A DNA stretch of 64,000 nucleotides from Syntrophales bacterium (GCA_963668175.1 OY764159.1:2048001-2112000); one strand, 5' to 3'; shown: positions 40,483 to 49,957, counted from the stretch's first letter. The notes: generated from the letters alone by a model not told the origin. A program made the numbers and translations.

Positions 40483-43400
40483 TGGAAGCATTCCTTTCTG
40501 CATGAATCATAAATGCCCTGCTGAACACGCTTACAATCTGCACCGTATTTCACACTGTAAAACAATACTTCTTGTTCTAATCTTTGCCATAGCCTTTCCG
40601 CACACTTGTCCATGCACTTGTTATTGTCATCTGCACCACAGACTGATTTTCCGTGACTAACATTTTCCCCGTCTTTCAAAATCTTTCCTTTTACGATACC
40701 GATAATTGCATTATCTATCCTGGAATTAGGATCTCTGCCATATCCGCGACACACTTGCTTCCCGTCTGAGCCAGTCCAGCAATGATATTCATGTGCCGCC
40801 GGACCAACCTGAGCACCCCAAAGAGCATCCAAGCCTGAGCTGCATTGCTGTAATAGTCCTTCTGGATCTATAAAATTCGCTGGATTGTTTTGTACATATC
40901 CAAACAGATTTATGTTTCCACCCCTGAACCCAATGGGGTCTTTCGTCACGAATCGTCCTGCCTGGGGATCGTAGTATCTCGCGCGGTAGAAGTACATTCC
41001 GGTTTCGGAATCGTACTCCCGGCCGGTGAACATGAATGGCTGGCTGACGCCGCCTGTCGCAACGACATTTCCGAAGGCATCGTAGCCGTATGTCTGCACC
41101 ATCGTACCCGTCGCATCGCTCAATCCCGTGATCGATCCCAGGCCGTCGGCATGGTAGTAATAGGGCGTATAGCTTGCCCCGCTCTTTACCTCCACCGCCA
41201 GCGGTTCGTCGATGTTCGGCCCGTGGGTATACCGGGCTGTTATTTCATTGCTACTATTATACTCTAAGATAATCGATTTGTCATCAAAAATGTAATACGT
41301 TGTACGCGGGCAGGTGTTCGGGCTTGTGCAGAGATTTCCGATGCCGTCGCTGACGACGGTCTTCGACACCCTGCGGCCGAAGGGGTCGTAGGCGAAAGTC
41401 AACTGCCGGACCTGGCCGTTCCTGTTCATCTGAATGCCCGTCAGGCGGTTCTCGTCGTCGTACGTGTAGGTCGTCGTTTCGTTCCCGGGGGGGACGGCGT
41501 CGGCGTTTTTCGTCAGGCGGTTGCCCACCTCGTCGTAGGTGTAGGCCTCCGTCTGGTGGACGCCCCCCGTGGGCGCGGCCTGCGTCAGGCGGTAGACGTC
41601 GTCGTAGGCATAGGCGTAGCTCTCCGCCGGTGCGGTCCGGGTGAGGCGGTTGCCCGCGTTGTCGTGGGTGTAGGTTACGCTGTCGACGGGCGCGCTGTTC
41701 TTCGTTGTCGCAATCCCCGTGAGGCGGCTGCTGGCGTCGTAGCCGTAGGCGGAGACGGTCCCGTTGGGGAGGGTCCGGGACATTCTCCTGTTCGCCGCGT
41801 CGTAGGCGAAGTCGAAGTTCCCCAGGGCCGTGGCGATACGGGCGGGGAGGCCGTTGTTGTCGTAGGTGTAGGTCAGGGTCCTGTTCTCCGGCGTGACCAT
41901 CGTCTGCCGGTTGCCCGCCGCGTCGTAGGTGTACCGGATCGTCCGGCTGTTCCCATCGACGATTTGCGTGACGCGGTTGTTCGCGTCGTAGGTGAAGGTA
42001 TAGGCTATGGCGGCGTTCCCCGCATAGGTCATGTTGCCCGCGTCGTCGTACTGGAAAGTCGCCGTGGAGCTGTCCGAATAGGTCTTGCCCGTGAGGCGGT
42101 TGTTGCCGTCGTACGTATAGGTGACGGTCTTGCTGTCGGGCCGGGTCAGGGTGTGCAGGTTGCCGTTCGCATCGTACGTATACGTCGTCGTCTTGCTCAG
42201 CGGGTCCGTCTCCCTGGTCAGTTCCCCGCCGGTGTTGTATTCGTACGCGGTGATATGGCTTTTCGCGTCCGTCACCGCCGTCAGCTTGTCCACGCCCGTG
42301 CCGCAGCCGGAGCAGCCGGAGCCGCTGTAGGCGAGATTGGTGATGTTGCCCAGGGCGTCGGTGATCCGCGTGAGCTGGTCGCGGTAATTGTAGAGGTAGT
42401 GAGCGGCTTTCGTGTTGGCGTCGGTGGACGACAGGCGGTTGCCCTTATAGTCGTAGGTATAGGCCGTGACGCGGTTACCGGGGTCCGTTGCCTGCGTGAG
42501 CTGGTTCAGGCTGTTGTACTGGAAATACGTGGTGTTGCCCAGGGCGTCCTTCTGCGAAAGCATGTTGCCCAGGCCGTCGTAAGTCATCTCGACGACGCCC
42601 AGCTTCGGGTCGGTGACGAACCGCAGGTTGTCGTACTGGTCGTATTCGAGGGTCGTGGTTTTGTTCAGGGGGTTCGTGATGCTTGCGATGTTCCCCCTGG
42701 CGTCGTAACCATAGTACGTGACGGCGTTCCCCGGCGCGGCGACGGACGTCAGGTTGCCCGCCGTGTCGTAGCCGTACTGCGTGACGTTGCTCCGGGGGTC
42801 GGTGACGGTCTCCACCAGGTTCAGGGCGTTGTACGTGTACGCCGTGGTCTTGTTCAGCGGGTCCGTCGCGGTGTGGAGGTTGCCGTTGGCATAGTAGGTG
42901 TATGTCGTGTAGCCCCCGCCGGGGTCCGTCTTTTTCGTGATGTTCCGGTTGGCGTCGTATTCGTAGGTCGTCTTGTGGCCCTGCGGGTCCGTCTTCTCGA
43001 TGAGGACGCCCAGGGCCTGATCGTACTTGTACGTCCAGACGCCGTTGTCCCTCTCCGTCACGAGCGTCGTGGCCGTCGCCGGGTCGTACGCCACGGTCCG
43101 CGTCTTGCTTTCCGGGTCCAGGGCCTGCGTCACTTTATGATCGGCGTCGTAGGTGTACCGGGTCTCGTTGCCGTCCGGGTCGGTCTTCGTCAGCATGAAG
43201 AGCTGGGCGTCGTACGTGAAGCCCCAGGTCTTTGTCCCCATGGGGGTCTGGGAGGCGATTTGCGTGAGGGCGTCGCCCGTGTACGTGAAGGTGTGGGTGT
43301 TGTTGTTGGGGTCGGTGATCGTGTCGATCCGGTTCCCCGCGTTGTACGCGAAGCCGATGGACTTGCCCCTGGGGTCCGTCACGGTTTCGAGGTAGCCGTT

Positions 43401-44903
43401 GCCGTCGTATGTCAGGGAGAGGGTGTTGCCGTTCCTGTCGGCGATGCTCGCGAGCTTATCGGCGTTGAACGTATAGACGGTGCCGTCCCTGAAGGCGAGG
43501 GTGCCCACGTCGTCCTGGTTTACGCTGAGCACCGGGTAGGGGGAGTATTCGGGCCTGTAGACGCCGCCGTCCGGATACAGGACGGTCTTACCGCCGTCCC
43601 CCCAGACGACCGTGTAGTAATCGTTGTTCTGGAGGCTGATATTATAGGAATGCGTCCAGCCCGTGGCGAGGAGGCCGTTGGCCCTGTCCGTGCTGTTGTA
43701 GGTCAGGGCGAGGTCCGGCATGAGGCGGGAATTGGGCACCCTGAAGAGCGTCTGGGTGTGTTGAAGATTGCCGCTCGCCACATTCGCCGTCGAGCCGAAA
43801 ACGAGCTTGAGCATCTTGGGGCCGCACTTGTCGCCATCGCTGCTTTCCGTAATAGTGAAGGTTGTGGTGGCAATTGCCGTACATGATCCTACTGTGGCGG
43901 TCAGGACGGCGGCATAGGTATTTCCGGGATTCAGCGGTCTGGTGCTTGCTATGCTTTTCCAGGTTCCGTCGGCGCTGGTGCCCGTACCGCTCAGGATCGG
44001 TACGTCGTCTACTGCGATATTCCAGGTTATCCCGGCGGGATTCGAGCCGGCGATGGTGCCGTTGAAAGTGATCGTTCCGCCGGTGCTGGGATCGATCTTT
44101 GTGGACGAAGCGCTAAACGACGAGATCGAAAGGCTGCACGGGGACGTGAGGGCCGCGGGACAGCAGCCCGCGGTTTTCATGGCAGCCGTTCTTTTATCGT
44201 AAGGACTATGTTCAATGTTATAGCGTGCGGACCCGGGAAGAAAATAATAGGCACAGGTGTTTCCATCTCTACGGCATAACATGAGATTTATACCATCTCC
44301 ACCTGCAGTATACAAATCGTTATAGGCTGTGCTGTCATGCACACAATAACTATAATCTCCTGGATGACAGCCCCTGTCATTACAGATATCGGCGTCCTTG
44401 GTCCCGCTTATGCAGCACTTTGCCGCCGATTCTGTTCCATCGCACTTATACCCGGTGGTGCATATACTGGCCGTATAAACACTACATCCTGTACAATATT
44501 GTGGACAGCCAAATTGGCAATCCGAATATTTGCTAACGGTAAAATCGGAAAAGGTGCGATACGCTTCTGCCGTTGAGGTGGAACCGTTCACCGCAATCTG
44601 CACTTCAGCAATCTGGCCGCATTCGTCGGTGACGCGGACGACGGGATTGCTGGCGCAGTTGGGATTCGATGAGGGGGCCGTGTAGACGCCGGCCTGTGTG
44701 ATGCTCCCGCCGCCGGTAACCGACCAGGTTTTGGTTCCGTCGCACCCGCCGGAGGCCGTCAGCGTCTGGCTGGTGTTGACGGCCATGGTCGGCTGCGGCA
44801 CCGAAATCGTCAGCGGAACGGCCCAGGCCGCGCCTGTCCAAAGCAGAAGAAAACCGTACATAACGGCCGCCGGCAGAAGATATCGTCTCGCCTGTCTTTT
44901 CAT
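40479..44903 (-). CDS. Full-length Rhs/YD-repeat polymorphic toxin with Sec-type signal peptide
   Basis: MKRQARR..AAWA signal; ANVASGNL..YNS..GWTHSY (DUF6531-like); many YD repeats; FTGREYD..RYYDP..GRF..DPEG; variable tip. Confidence 0.95.
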   Translation of the reverse strand: MKRQARRYLLPAAVMYGFLLLWTGAAWAVPLTISVPQPTMAVNTSQTLTASGGCDGTKTWSVTGGGSITQAGVYTAPSSNPNCASNPVVRVTDECGQIAEVQIAVNGSTSTAEAYRTFSDFTVSKYSDCQFGCPQYCTGCSVYTASICTTGYKCDGTESAAKCCISGTKDADICNDRGCHPGDYSYCVHDSTAYNDLYTAGGDGINLMLCRRDGNTCAYYFLPGSARYNIEHSPYDKRTAAMKTAGCCPAALTSPCSLSISSFSASSTKIDPSTGGTITFNGTIAGSNPAGITWNIAVDDVPILSGTGTSADGTWKSIASTRPLNPGNTYAAVLTATVGSCTAIATTTFTITESSDGDKCGPKMLKLVFGSTANVASGNLQHTQTLFRVPNSRLMPDLALTYNSTDRANGLLATGWTHSYNISLQNNDYYTVVWGDGGKTVLYPDGGVYRPEYSPYPVLSVNQDDVGTLAFRDGTVYTFNADKLASIADRNGNTLSLTYDGNGYLETVTDPRGKSIGFAYNAGNRIDTITDPNNNTHTFTYTGDALTQIASQTPMGTKTWGFTYDAQLFMLTKTDPDGNETRYTYDADHKVTQALDPESKTRTVAYDPATATTLVTERDNGVWTYKYDQALGVLIEKTDPQGHKTTYEYDANRNITKKTDPGGGYTTYTYYANGNLHTATDPLNKTTAYTYNALNLVETVTDPRSNVTQYGYDTAGNLTSVAAPGNAVTYYGYDARGNIASITNPLNKTTTLEYDQYDNLRFVTDPKLGVVEMTYDGLGNMLSQKDALGNTTYFQYNSLNQLTQATDPGNRVTAYTYDYKGNRLSSTDANTKAAHYLYNYRDQLTRITDALGNITNLAYSGSGCSGCGTGVDKLTAVTDAKSHITAYEYNTGGELTRETDPLSKTTTYTYDANGNLHTLTRPDSKTVTYTYDGNNRLTGKTYSDSSTATFQYDDAGNMTYAGNAAIAYTFTYDANNRVTQIVDGNSRTIRYTYDAAGNRQTMVTPENRTLTYTYDNNGLPARIATALGNFDFAYDAANRRMSRTLPNGTVSAYGYDASSRLTGIATTKNSAPVDSVTYTHDNAGNRLTRTAPAESYAYAYDDVYRLTQAAPTGGVHQTEAYTYDEVGNRLTKNADAVPPGNETTTYTYDDENRLTGIQMNRNGQVRQLTFAYDPFGRRVSKTVVSDGIGNLCTSPNTCPRTTYYIFDDKSIILEYNSSNEITARYTHGPNIDEPLAVEVKSGASYTPYYYHADGLGSITGLSDATGTMVQTYGYDAFGNVVATGGVSQPFMFTGREYDSETGMYFYRARYYDPQAGRFVTKDPIGFRGGNINLFGYVQNNPANFIDPEGLLQQCSSGLDALWGAQVGPAAHEYHCWTGSDGKQVCRGYGRDPNSRIDNAIIGIVKGKILKDGENVSHGKSVCGADDNNKCMDKCAERLWQRLEQEVLFYSVKYGADCKRVQQGIYDSCRKECFQ

Positions 44904-45281
44904 TGCCCCTGTCTCCCGATTGTGGATTGCGGTTCGGCGGCGTTCCGTCCGTGGCGGTTTCGGCGGCTTCGCGGCGAAGCCTCGAAGGCCGCGGCCGGGG
45001 GACGCGCCTCATCGGGAGGGATGATATCACCGGGTTTGGCGGCGGATGGGCGGATAGCGGGCTTTCGCGGGGTTTCCGGGGGGGCTTCGGGGGGTGTTTC
45101 GGGGGTTATCGGGGTGTTATTTTTCTTGACGGGTTTTCGGATACGGTCAGGGGCGGACGCACGGACGAAGCGGTGAACGGGCTGCCCGTTTACGGACCCT
45201 GACAGCCTTTTTATGGAAGGGCCGGCGGCTTTTTTCCTGTGAAAACGGTCGAAGCGGGTTCCCGAAAAACGTAATTATCGC

Positions 45282-45524
45282 TCACTCCCCGCCGTGTTCC
45301 GGTCTGCCGTTCTCCCGGACGGAAAAGCGCGTGTAGGCCCTGAAGTACTCGTCGATGTTGTCCGCGTAGGCGAGCCAGCGGCTGTCCTCGAAGCGGGCGG
45401 GCATGCCCCGGCCGATGTACTTCTTGAACATATATTCGGAGCAGGGCTCGCCGGATATCTTCCGGATGTACCCCTGGATCGCCTGCTTGCTCGTCAAAAG
45501 CTTGATCTGATTTTCCTCGCCCAT
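45282..45524 (-). CDS. Small phage-like DNA-binding (excisionase-like) protein
   Basis: 80 aa, GGAGG RBS, ..KYI.RGMPA....RW.A....IDE.F pattern. Confidence 0.55.
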   Translation of the reverse strand: MGEENQIKLLTSKQAIQGYIRKISGEPCSEYMFKKYIGRGMPARFEDSRWLAYADNIDEYFRAYTRFSVRENGRPEHGGE

Positions 45525-45785
45525 GGCTTCGCCTCCCGTCGGCTTTTTGCCGGACCGTTTCCCCGATTCTTTGTCGTCGTCCGATGACCGCAAGTATTCC
45601 ATAAATGAAATTATTAATCAACAAATAATTGCACAAATAGAATATGCGGCCGGGCTGCGCCGGACGTCGTTATGTGCAAGGCGGCGTTGCAATGGCGTTT
45701 ATTGATTACGTAAGGTGCGAAAGATATGGGCGATTATTCCTGACGAGGCACGAAGGAGGCCGGGGATCGGAGGGATTCGGCGCGC

Positions 45786-46607
45786 TTATCGGCCCGCCTT
45801 CCGGTTCTTCAGGGCTCTTGCGGCCTTCACGAGGACGTAGGCCGTAAGCAGCCCGCCGGCAAAAATACCGAAGAATAGGACCGTTGAAAGGACCGTCGCT
45901 TTCAGGTGATCCAGGGAGAAAAACGCCAGGTCCTTTACCAGTCCGGGAAAGAAGAGGAATCCTAAAATCACCTGAACAAGGTGGCATCCCAGCGCCAGGA
46001 AAAATGCGAGCCAAAATAGCTGCCGAACAGGAAGCTTCATCACGGCGGCGAACAACAGAGCGGTCATGGCTGCGAAGAAGACAACGTAGGTTATATCCTT
46101 GCCGGGATCGGCAAAACGGCTCTGGGCAATGCCGATAAAGGCGAGAAGGGAAACGAGCTCGATCAGGAGGCCCCACGCCGTTATTTTTGTCAGATCTTTC
46201 TTTATCAGCGGTTGTGCGGTTTTCGCAATCTTCACAAGAACGAAGGCCGAAAACAGCCCGCCCGCGGAGTGAGCTAAATATATAACCGTCCCGCGGACTA
46301 TGTGTTCTAAGTGAAGAAGGGAAAAGAACTCTATGCCTTTCACCAGGCCGGGAAAGAAGAGGTAGCCTAAAATATCCTCAATGATTTTACACCCCAGTGC
46401 GAGGAAAAACGCGAGTAGAAAGAGATGCCGCACAGACAGACGCAGAACGGCGTAAATCGATAGGGCGGCCATAGCCGCATAGGAGACGATTTCGACGATT
46501 TCCTTGCCGGGATCGGCCAGGTTGGAATGGGCGATGCGGATGAAAACAACAATGGCGATGAGCTCGATCAAGAGACCCCATGCCGCGATTTTCGCCAGAT
46601 CTTTCAT
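45786..46607 (-). CDS. Membrane protein made of two tandem ~135-aa repeats (putative immunity)
   Basis: KDLAKIAAWGLLIEL..ADPGK..LFFPGLVK repeated as KDLTKITAWGLLIEL..ADPGK..LFFPGLVK; ATGA-coupled to upstream gene. Confidence 0.75.
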   Translation of the reverse strand: MKDLAKIAAWGLLIELIAIVVFIRIAHSNLADPGKEIVEIVSYAAMAALSIYAVLRLSVRHLFLLAFFLALGCKIIEDILGYLFFPGLVKGIEFFSLLHLEHIVRGTVIYLAHSAGGLFSAFVLVKIAKTAQPLIKKDLTKITAWGLLIELVSLLAFIGIAQSRFADPGKDITYVVFFAAMTALLFAAVMKLPVRQLFWLAFFLALGCHLVQVILGFLFFPGLVKDLAFFSLDHLKATVLSTVLFFGIFAGGLLTAYVLVKAARALKNRKAGR

Positions 46608-47137
46608 TGTCTCACGATGACAAGAATGGGCTCCATATGCATCATTAATTTCGGTAATAACTCCTTATCACGATTCCCGATATTAATGCAACCCCCTGTT
46701 CCGATATGTGTGCCGCCGTGTAAATAGAATCCTGTTCTACCATAGGTGTCGGTTCCATCGGGAAGGAGTGCCGCCCGGTAGTTACCCCATGCTGCTCGAT
46801 CTTGAGGTCTCACGTCTTCGATTTTTGAGGGATCTAAAAGATATGTTCCGGGAGGAATGGGGCCTTTCCAGGGGATAGATGGATCTTTCTCTCCTGGTTG
46901 GCCGCTCTGAGCTGGATAGGAACCTATGAGCTTTCCACCCGAGCCGTAATAATGGACGTATCCGTCCTCGAAAATCAGCATGGGCCGCCGCCAGAGGTGT
47001 TCCCTGACGGTTACGCCGTCCTGATCGACGTCCTCAATAATATCCCGATCCTTGTCGTAATAACGATATTTCCCATCCTCAAAGATCAGGACAGGGGAAT
47101 TAGAACTCTCATTTTTGTTGTTCGTACTGTCTGCCAT
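46604..47137 (-). CDS. Tlde1/DUF2778-like L,D-transpeptidase-fold protein
   Basis: SG...GPIPPG.Y...R.GFYLHGG.....GCI. Confidence 0.78.
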   Translation of the reverse strand: MADSTNNKNESSNSPVLIFEDGKYRYYDKDRDIIEDVDQDGVTVREHLWRRPMLIFEDGYVHYYGSGGKLIGSYPAQSGQPGEKDPSIPWKGPIPPGTYLLDPSKIEDVRPQDRAAWGNYRAALLPDGTDTYGRTGFYLHGGTHIGTGGCINIGNRDKELLPKLMMHMEPILVIVRQ

Positions 47138-47564
47138 GATTTGTTTGTCTCCTTTCTTGGCCCGCCTCTCAAGGCGGGGCCGCAGGGGGAGGTTCTTAAA
47201 AAAATGCTTCGGACCCTGCGGCGTCAGGTGGGTAAATAGGTAAATCTTAACGTCCGGGAATGGCGGCGGTTCGCGGGATATCCGGGGGACGCCGCCGAAT
47301 GCGGGGCATGTAACAACAAAAGGGAGCCGGCGGCTTTTTTGTTACGGTCAACCTTTATCCATACACACAGGCCGGGAGATGTCTCGGGGCAGGAGAACGT
47401 GCGGCCGTTTTCGATGCCGATAAACGCTGTCCGCACACGCAAGCAGCACCGTGCGGGTACGGCGGCACGAAAGCAACCGGCCGCACCGCGCCGCATCGAT
47501 CTCCATGCTCCGCGCATGGACAACACGGCGCAGGAAAACCCTCCGCGCTGCCATGAAAAAGCGA

Positions 47565-47954
47565 TCAAAAGGGCAGGCCGTTTCCGTCGCCGTTTTCGCC
47601 GTTCGGGCCGTCGCCATTACCGGCCGCCTTCCTGCTTTCCAGGATTCGGAGCGACGTGGCGACGATCTCCGTCGTCATGCGGCGGGAACCGTCCCGGTCC
47701 TCCCAGGGGCGCGTCCGGATCTTGCCCTCGATGTAGAGCAGGGCCCCCCGCTCGGCGCCGCTTGCGGCATGCTCCGCGAGGTCGCCCTTGACGACGACCT
47801 TGTGCCATTCCGTCCGGCTCTGGGGCTTGCCTTCCTTGTCCTTCCACCGGTCCACTGTGGCGACGGACAGGCTCACGACCATGACGGCGTCGGGTGTGTA
47901 GCGCACTTCGGGGTCGATGCCGAGGCGGCCGACGAGGAAGACCTTGTTGATCAT
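47565..47954 (-). CDS. ssb: Single-stranded DNA-binding protein
   Basis: MINKVFLVGRLG.DPE.RY, TEWH, YIEG..RTR.W, LPF tail. Confidence 0.92.
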   Translation of the reverse strand: MINKVFLVGRLGIDPEVRYTPDAVMVVSLSVATVDRWKDKEGKPQSRTEWHKVVVKGDLAEHAASGAERGALLYIEGKIRTRPWEDRDGSRRMTTEIVATSLRILESRKAAGNGDGPNGENGDGNGLPF

Positions 47955-48859
47955 GGTTCCTCGCCGCCTCCGGGGTCCGCCCAGAGGCCGAACGCCTCGC
48001 GGGCGCTCGCCCAGTTCTCGATGAGGCTCTTGGCATTCTTCCTGAGCATCGTGGCGAAGGAGGGCTTGCCGTGCTTCCTGCCGAGCCAGCGGACGGCCAG
48101 GAGCCATTCCTTGAAGAGGGCGCGGTCGATGCCGGCTTCGCGGATCAGGGCCTCGATCTTCTTGTGCATGGGCGACCCGGCGATAAGCATCGCGCCCGAT
48201 CCCGCGCCGCGTCCCCCGGGGGCCGCTTTTGCGGCGGCATGATCGCGTCCGGCCGCTGCCGCGCCGCCTGCGGGATTTTCGGACGTTGCGGGCGTTCCGC
48301 CGTCGGCGTCGGCGCCGGTCCCGGCCTGCGCCGGTCTTGCGTCGGCCGCCGGATTGCTTCCGCCGGAAGACGGTTCCGCCTGGCCTGCGGCCTCCGCCTT
48401 TTTTTCTGCTGCCGTTCCGGCGTCCTCGCGCCTTTTCCCGGGAGGCCGTTTAGGTTCCGCATCGGGATCGTCCCCGTCCGTGGGGATGTTGAAAAACCTG
48501 AGGAGGAAATACTTCTCCGCGTAGGTGAGGGCCTTGCCCACGCCCTTCTCGCCCTCGTCGAGGCCCTGGCCCACCCACTGGCAGGCGATGCGCTCGTCGG
48601 GGTTGTCGGCGTTCACCCAGGTGAATTCGATGTTGAGGACGGTGAAGTAGAGGCGGTCGCCCCGTTTGGTCTGGTGTTCGAGGACGCGCTCCGAGGCGAG
48701 GCGGGGGATAAGGAGAAGCCCGTGGGCATCCATCGCCTGCCGGAGCGCGCCCAATATCCGGGACGAGGATACGAACCGGACCCGTGCGCCCCGGCTGTTC
48801 TTGGAAAGCGCGGGGACGGCCTTCCGGACCTCGATCAGCTTCCGGTAGATGTTCGTCAT
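47951..48859 (-). CDS. ERF family single-strand annealing recombinase
   Basis: NIY.KL..V, G.G.D..EK..GKALTYAEKYFL..FFNIPT..DDPD. Confidence 0.85.
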   Translation of the reverse strand: MTNIYRKLIEVRKAVPALSKNSRGARVRFVSSSRILGALRQAMDAHGLLLIPRLASERVLEHQTKRGDRLYFTVLNIEFTWVNADNPDERIACQWVGQGLDEGEKGVGKALTYAEKYFLLRFFNIPTDGDDPDAEPKRPPGKRREDAGTAAEKKAEAAGQAEPSSGGSNPAADARPAQAGTGADADGGTPATSENPAGGAAAAGRDHAAAKAAPGGRGAGSGAMLIAGSPMHKKIEALIREAGIDRALFKEWLLAVRWLGRKHGKPSFATMLRKNAKSLIENWASAREAFGLWADPGGGEEP

Positions 48860-49185
48860 GGGGTCCTGCCGCCCGCGTGCGGTCCGCAGCCGTCCGTGCA
48901 GGACGCCTGGCCCGCTGCTGCGTCCGTTTCGCCGCCGTCCGCGCGGGATGCGGGGCTTGCGCTTTCGTCGGCCGTTCCGTTGTGCCGCGTGCAGACGCCG
49001 GCCCCTGCGTGCGCTCCGCAGCAGGCTTCGGGATGTTCCCGTTGCGGCGCGGGGATATGCTGCGCGAGCGAGGAGAGGGCGGCCTGTATGGCCCGGATCT
49101 CTTTGCAGTCGCGGTCGTCCCAGCGGTCCTTGTGCTGGATGGCCGTCAGACGCTGCCGCAGGCTCTCTCTCGTTTCGGCGGTCAT
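48856..49185 (-). CDS. Hypothetical protein, phage-like operon
   Basis: ATGA overlaps at both ends. Confidence 0.55.
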   Translation of the reverse strand: MTAETRESLRQRLTAIQHKDRWDDRDCKEIRAIQAALSSLAQHIPAPQREHPEACCGAHAGAGVCTRHNGTADESASPASRADGGETDAAAGQASCTDGCGPHAGGRTP

Positions 49186-49403
49186 GATGCGGCGGCGGCC
49201 AGCGTAACGGCGAGGATGAAGGCCAGCGCCGAGGCGAAGCCGATCAGAAACCATGCCGCGTGGGCAAGGGCCGACCCCAGCGAATCTGCATCCCCGCCGT
49301 TCAGGGCCGGGAGCCTTTCGCCGATCCCCCGCCTTTCCGGTTTCGCGGAATAGATCGCGAGGCGCTCCTCGGCGGAGATGCCATCGGAGAATGTCTGTTT
49401 CAT
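49182..49403 (-). CDS. Small hypothetical protein with C-terminal TM
   Basis: GGAGG RBS; ATGA-coupled to next gene. Confidence 0.55.
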   Translation of the reverse strand: MKQTFSDGISAEERLAIYSAKPERRGIGERLPALNGGDADSLGSALAHAAWFLIGFASALAFILAVTLAAAAS

Positions 49404-49417
49404 GGACCGGCCTCCAC

Positions 49418-49487
49418 AGGCTGTTGAAAAACGCCCATCTGTCGCTTGTCACCTTCAGGTGACGCTGTGCCCCCTGCATAGGGGGCT
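49418..49487. repeat. MITE-like repeat, truncated copy 3
   Basis: AGGCTGTTGAAAAACGCCCATCTGTCGC plus hairpins TCACCTTCAGGTGA and GCCCCCTGCATAGGGGGC. Confidence 0.72.
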
Positions 49488-49928
49488 CATAAACTGGATT
49501 TCCAAAAAGCTGCTAAATGGATGGGGGGAGGGTCTCTTCCTCCCCCCAAAGTCCCTGCAACAATGGTTTCCGCTGCTTCTTGCGGTGAAGCGTAACCGCC
49601 GGCGGGGAGGCGTACTCCCATGCAGCCGCGCGTTGCTGCGTCTTGACGACATTTTAAACGACGCCGGATTCGTAGGTTGGGCGGGTGTTCCGGGGCCGGC
49701 TACCGGGGACCCTTTGCCGCCGACGCCCGGAACGACATCTCCCGCCCCTGTCCGCACTGCTTTGCCCTGCGTCCTGGGCCTGCCCTCCCGGGTTTGGCTC
49801 CGACTTTGCCACCGGTGGAGGTCGCGCCTATGGTCTGCACTGGGGTATCGCCTACCCTCGCGGCATCGGTATGAATGGCGCGTTCTCGCGGGCGAACTGC
49901 TTTGTCTTTCCTCTTGTGTCTGGCAGGT

Positions 49929-49957
49929 ATTGTTTCATAAGTGGAGTGAATTGTCAA
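49929..49957 (-). promoter_or_regulatory. Sigma70-type promoter for the ERF-SSB operon
   Basis: TTGACA-N17-AACAAT; CACTTATG occurs twice (49936-43, 49968-75). Confidence 0.5.

Noticed and set aside
45282..49403. Intact prophage
   Set aside because: No integrase, terminase, structural or replication genes; at most a remnant
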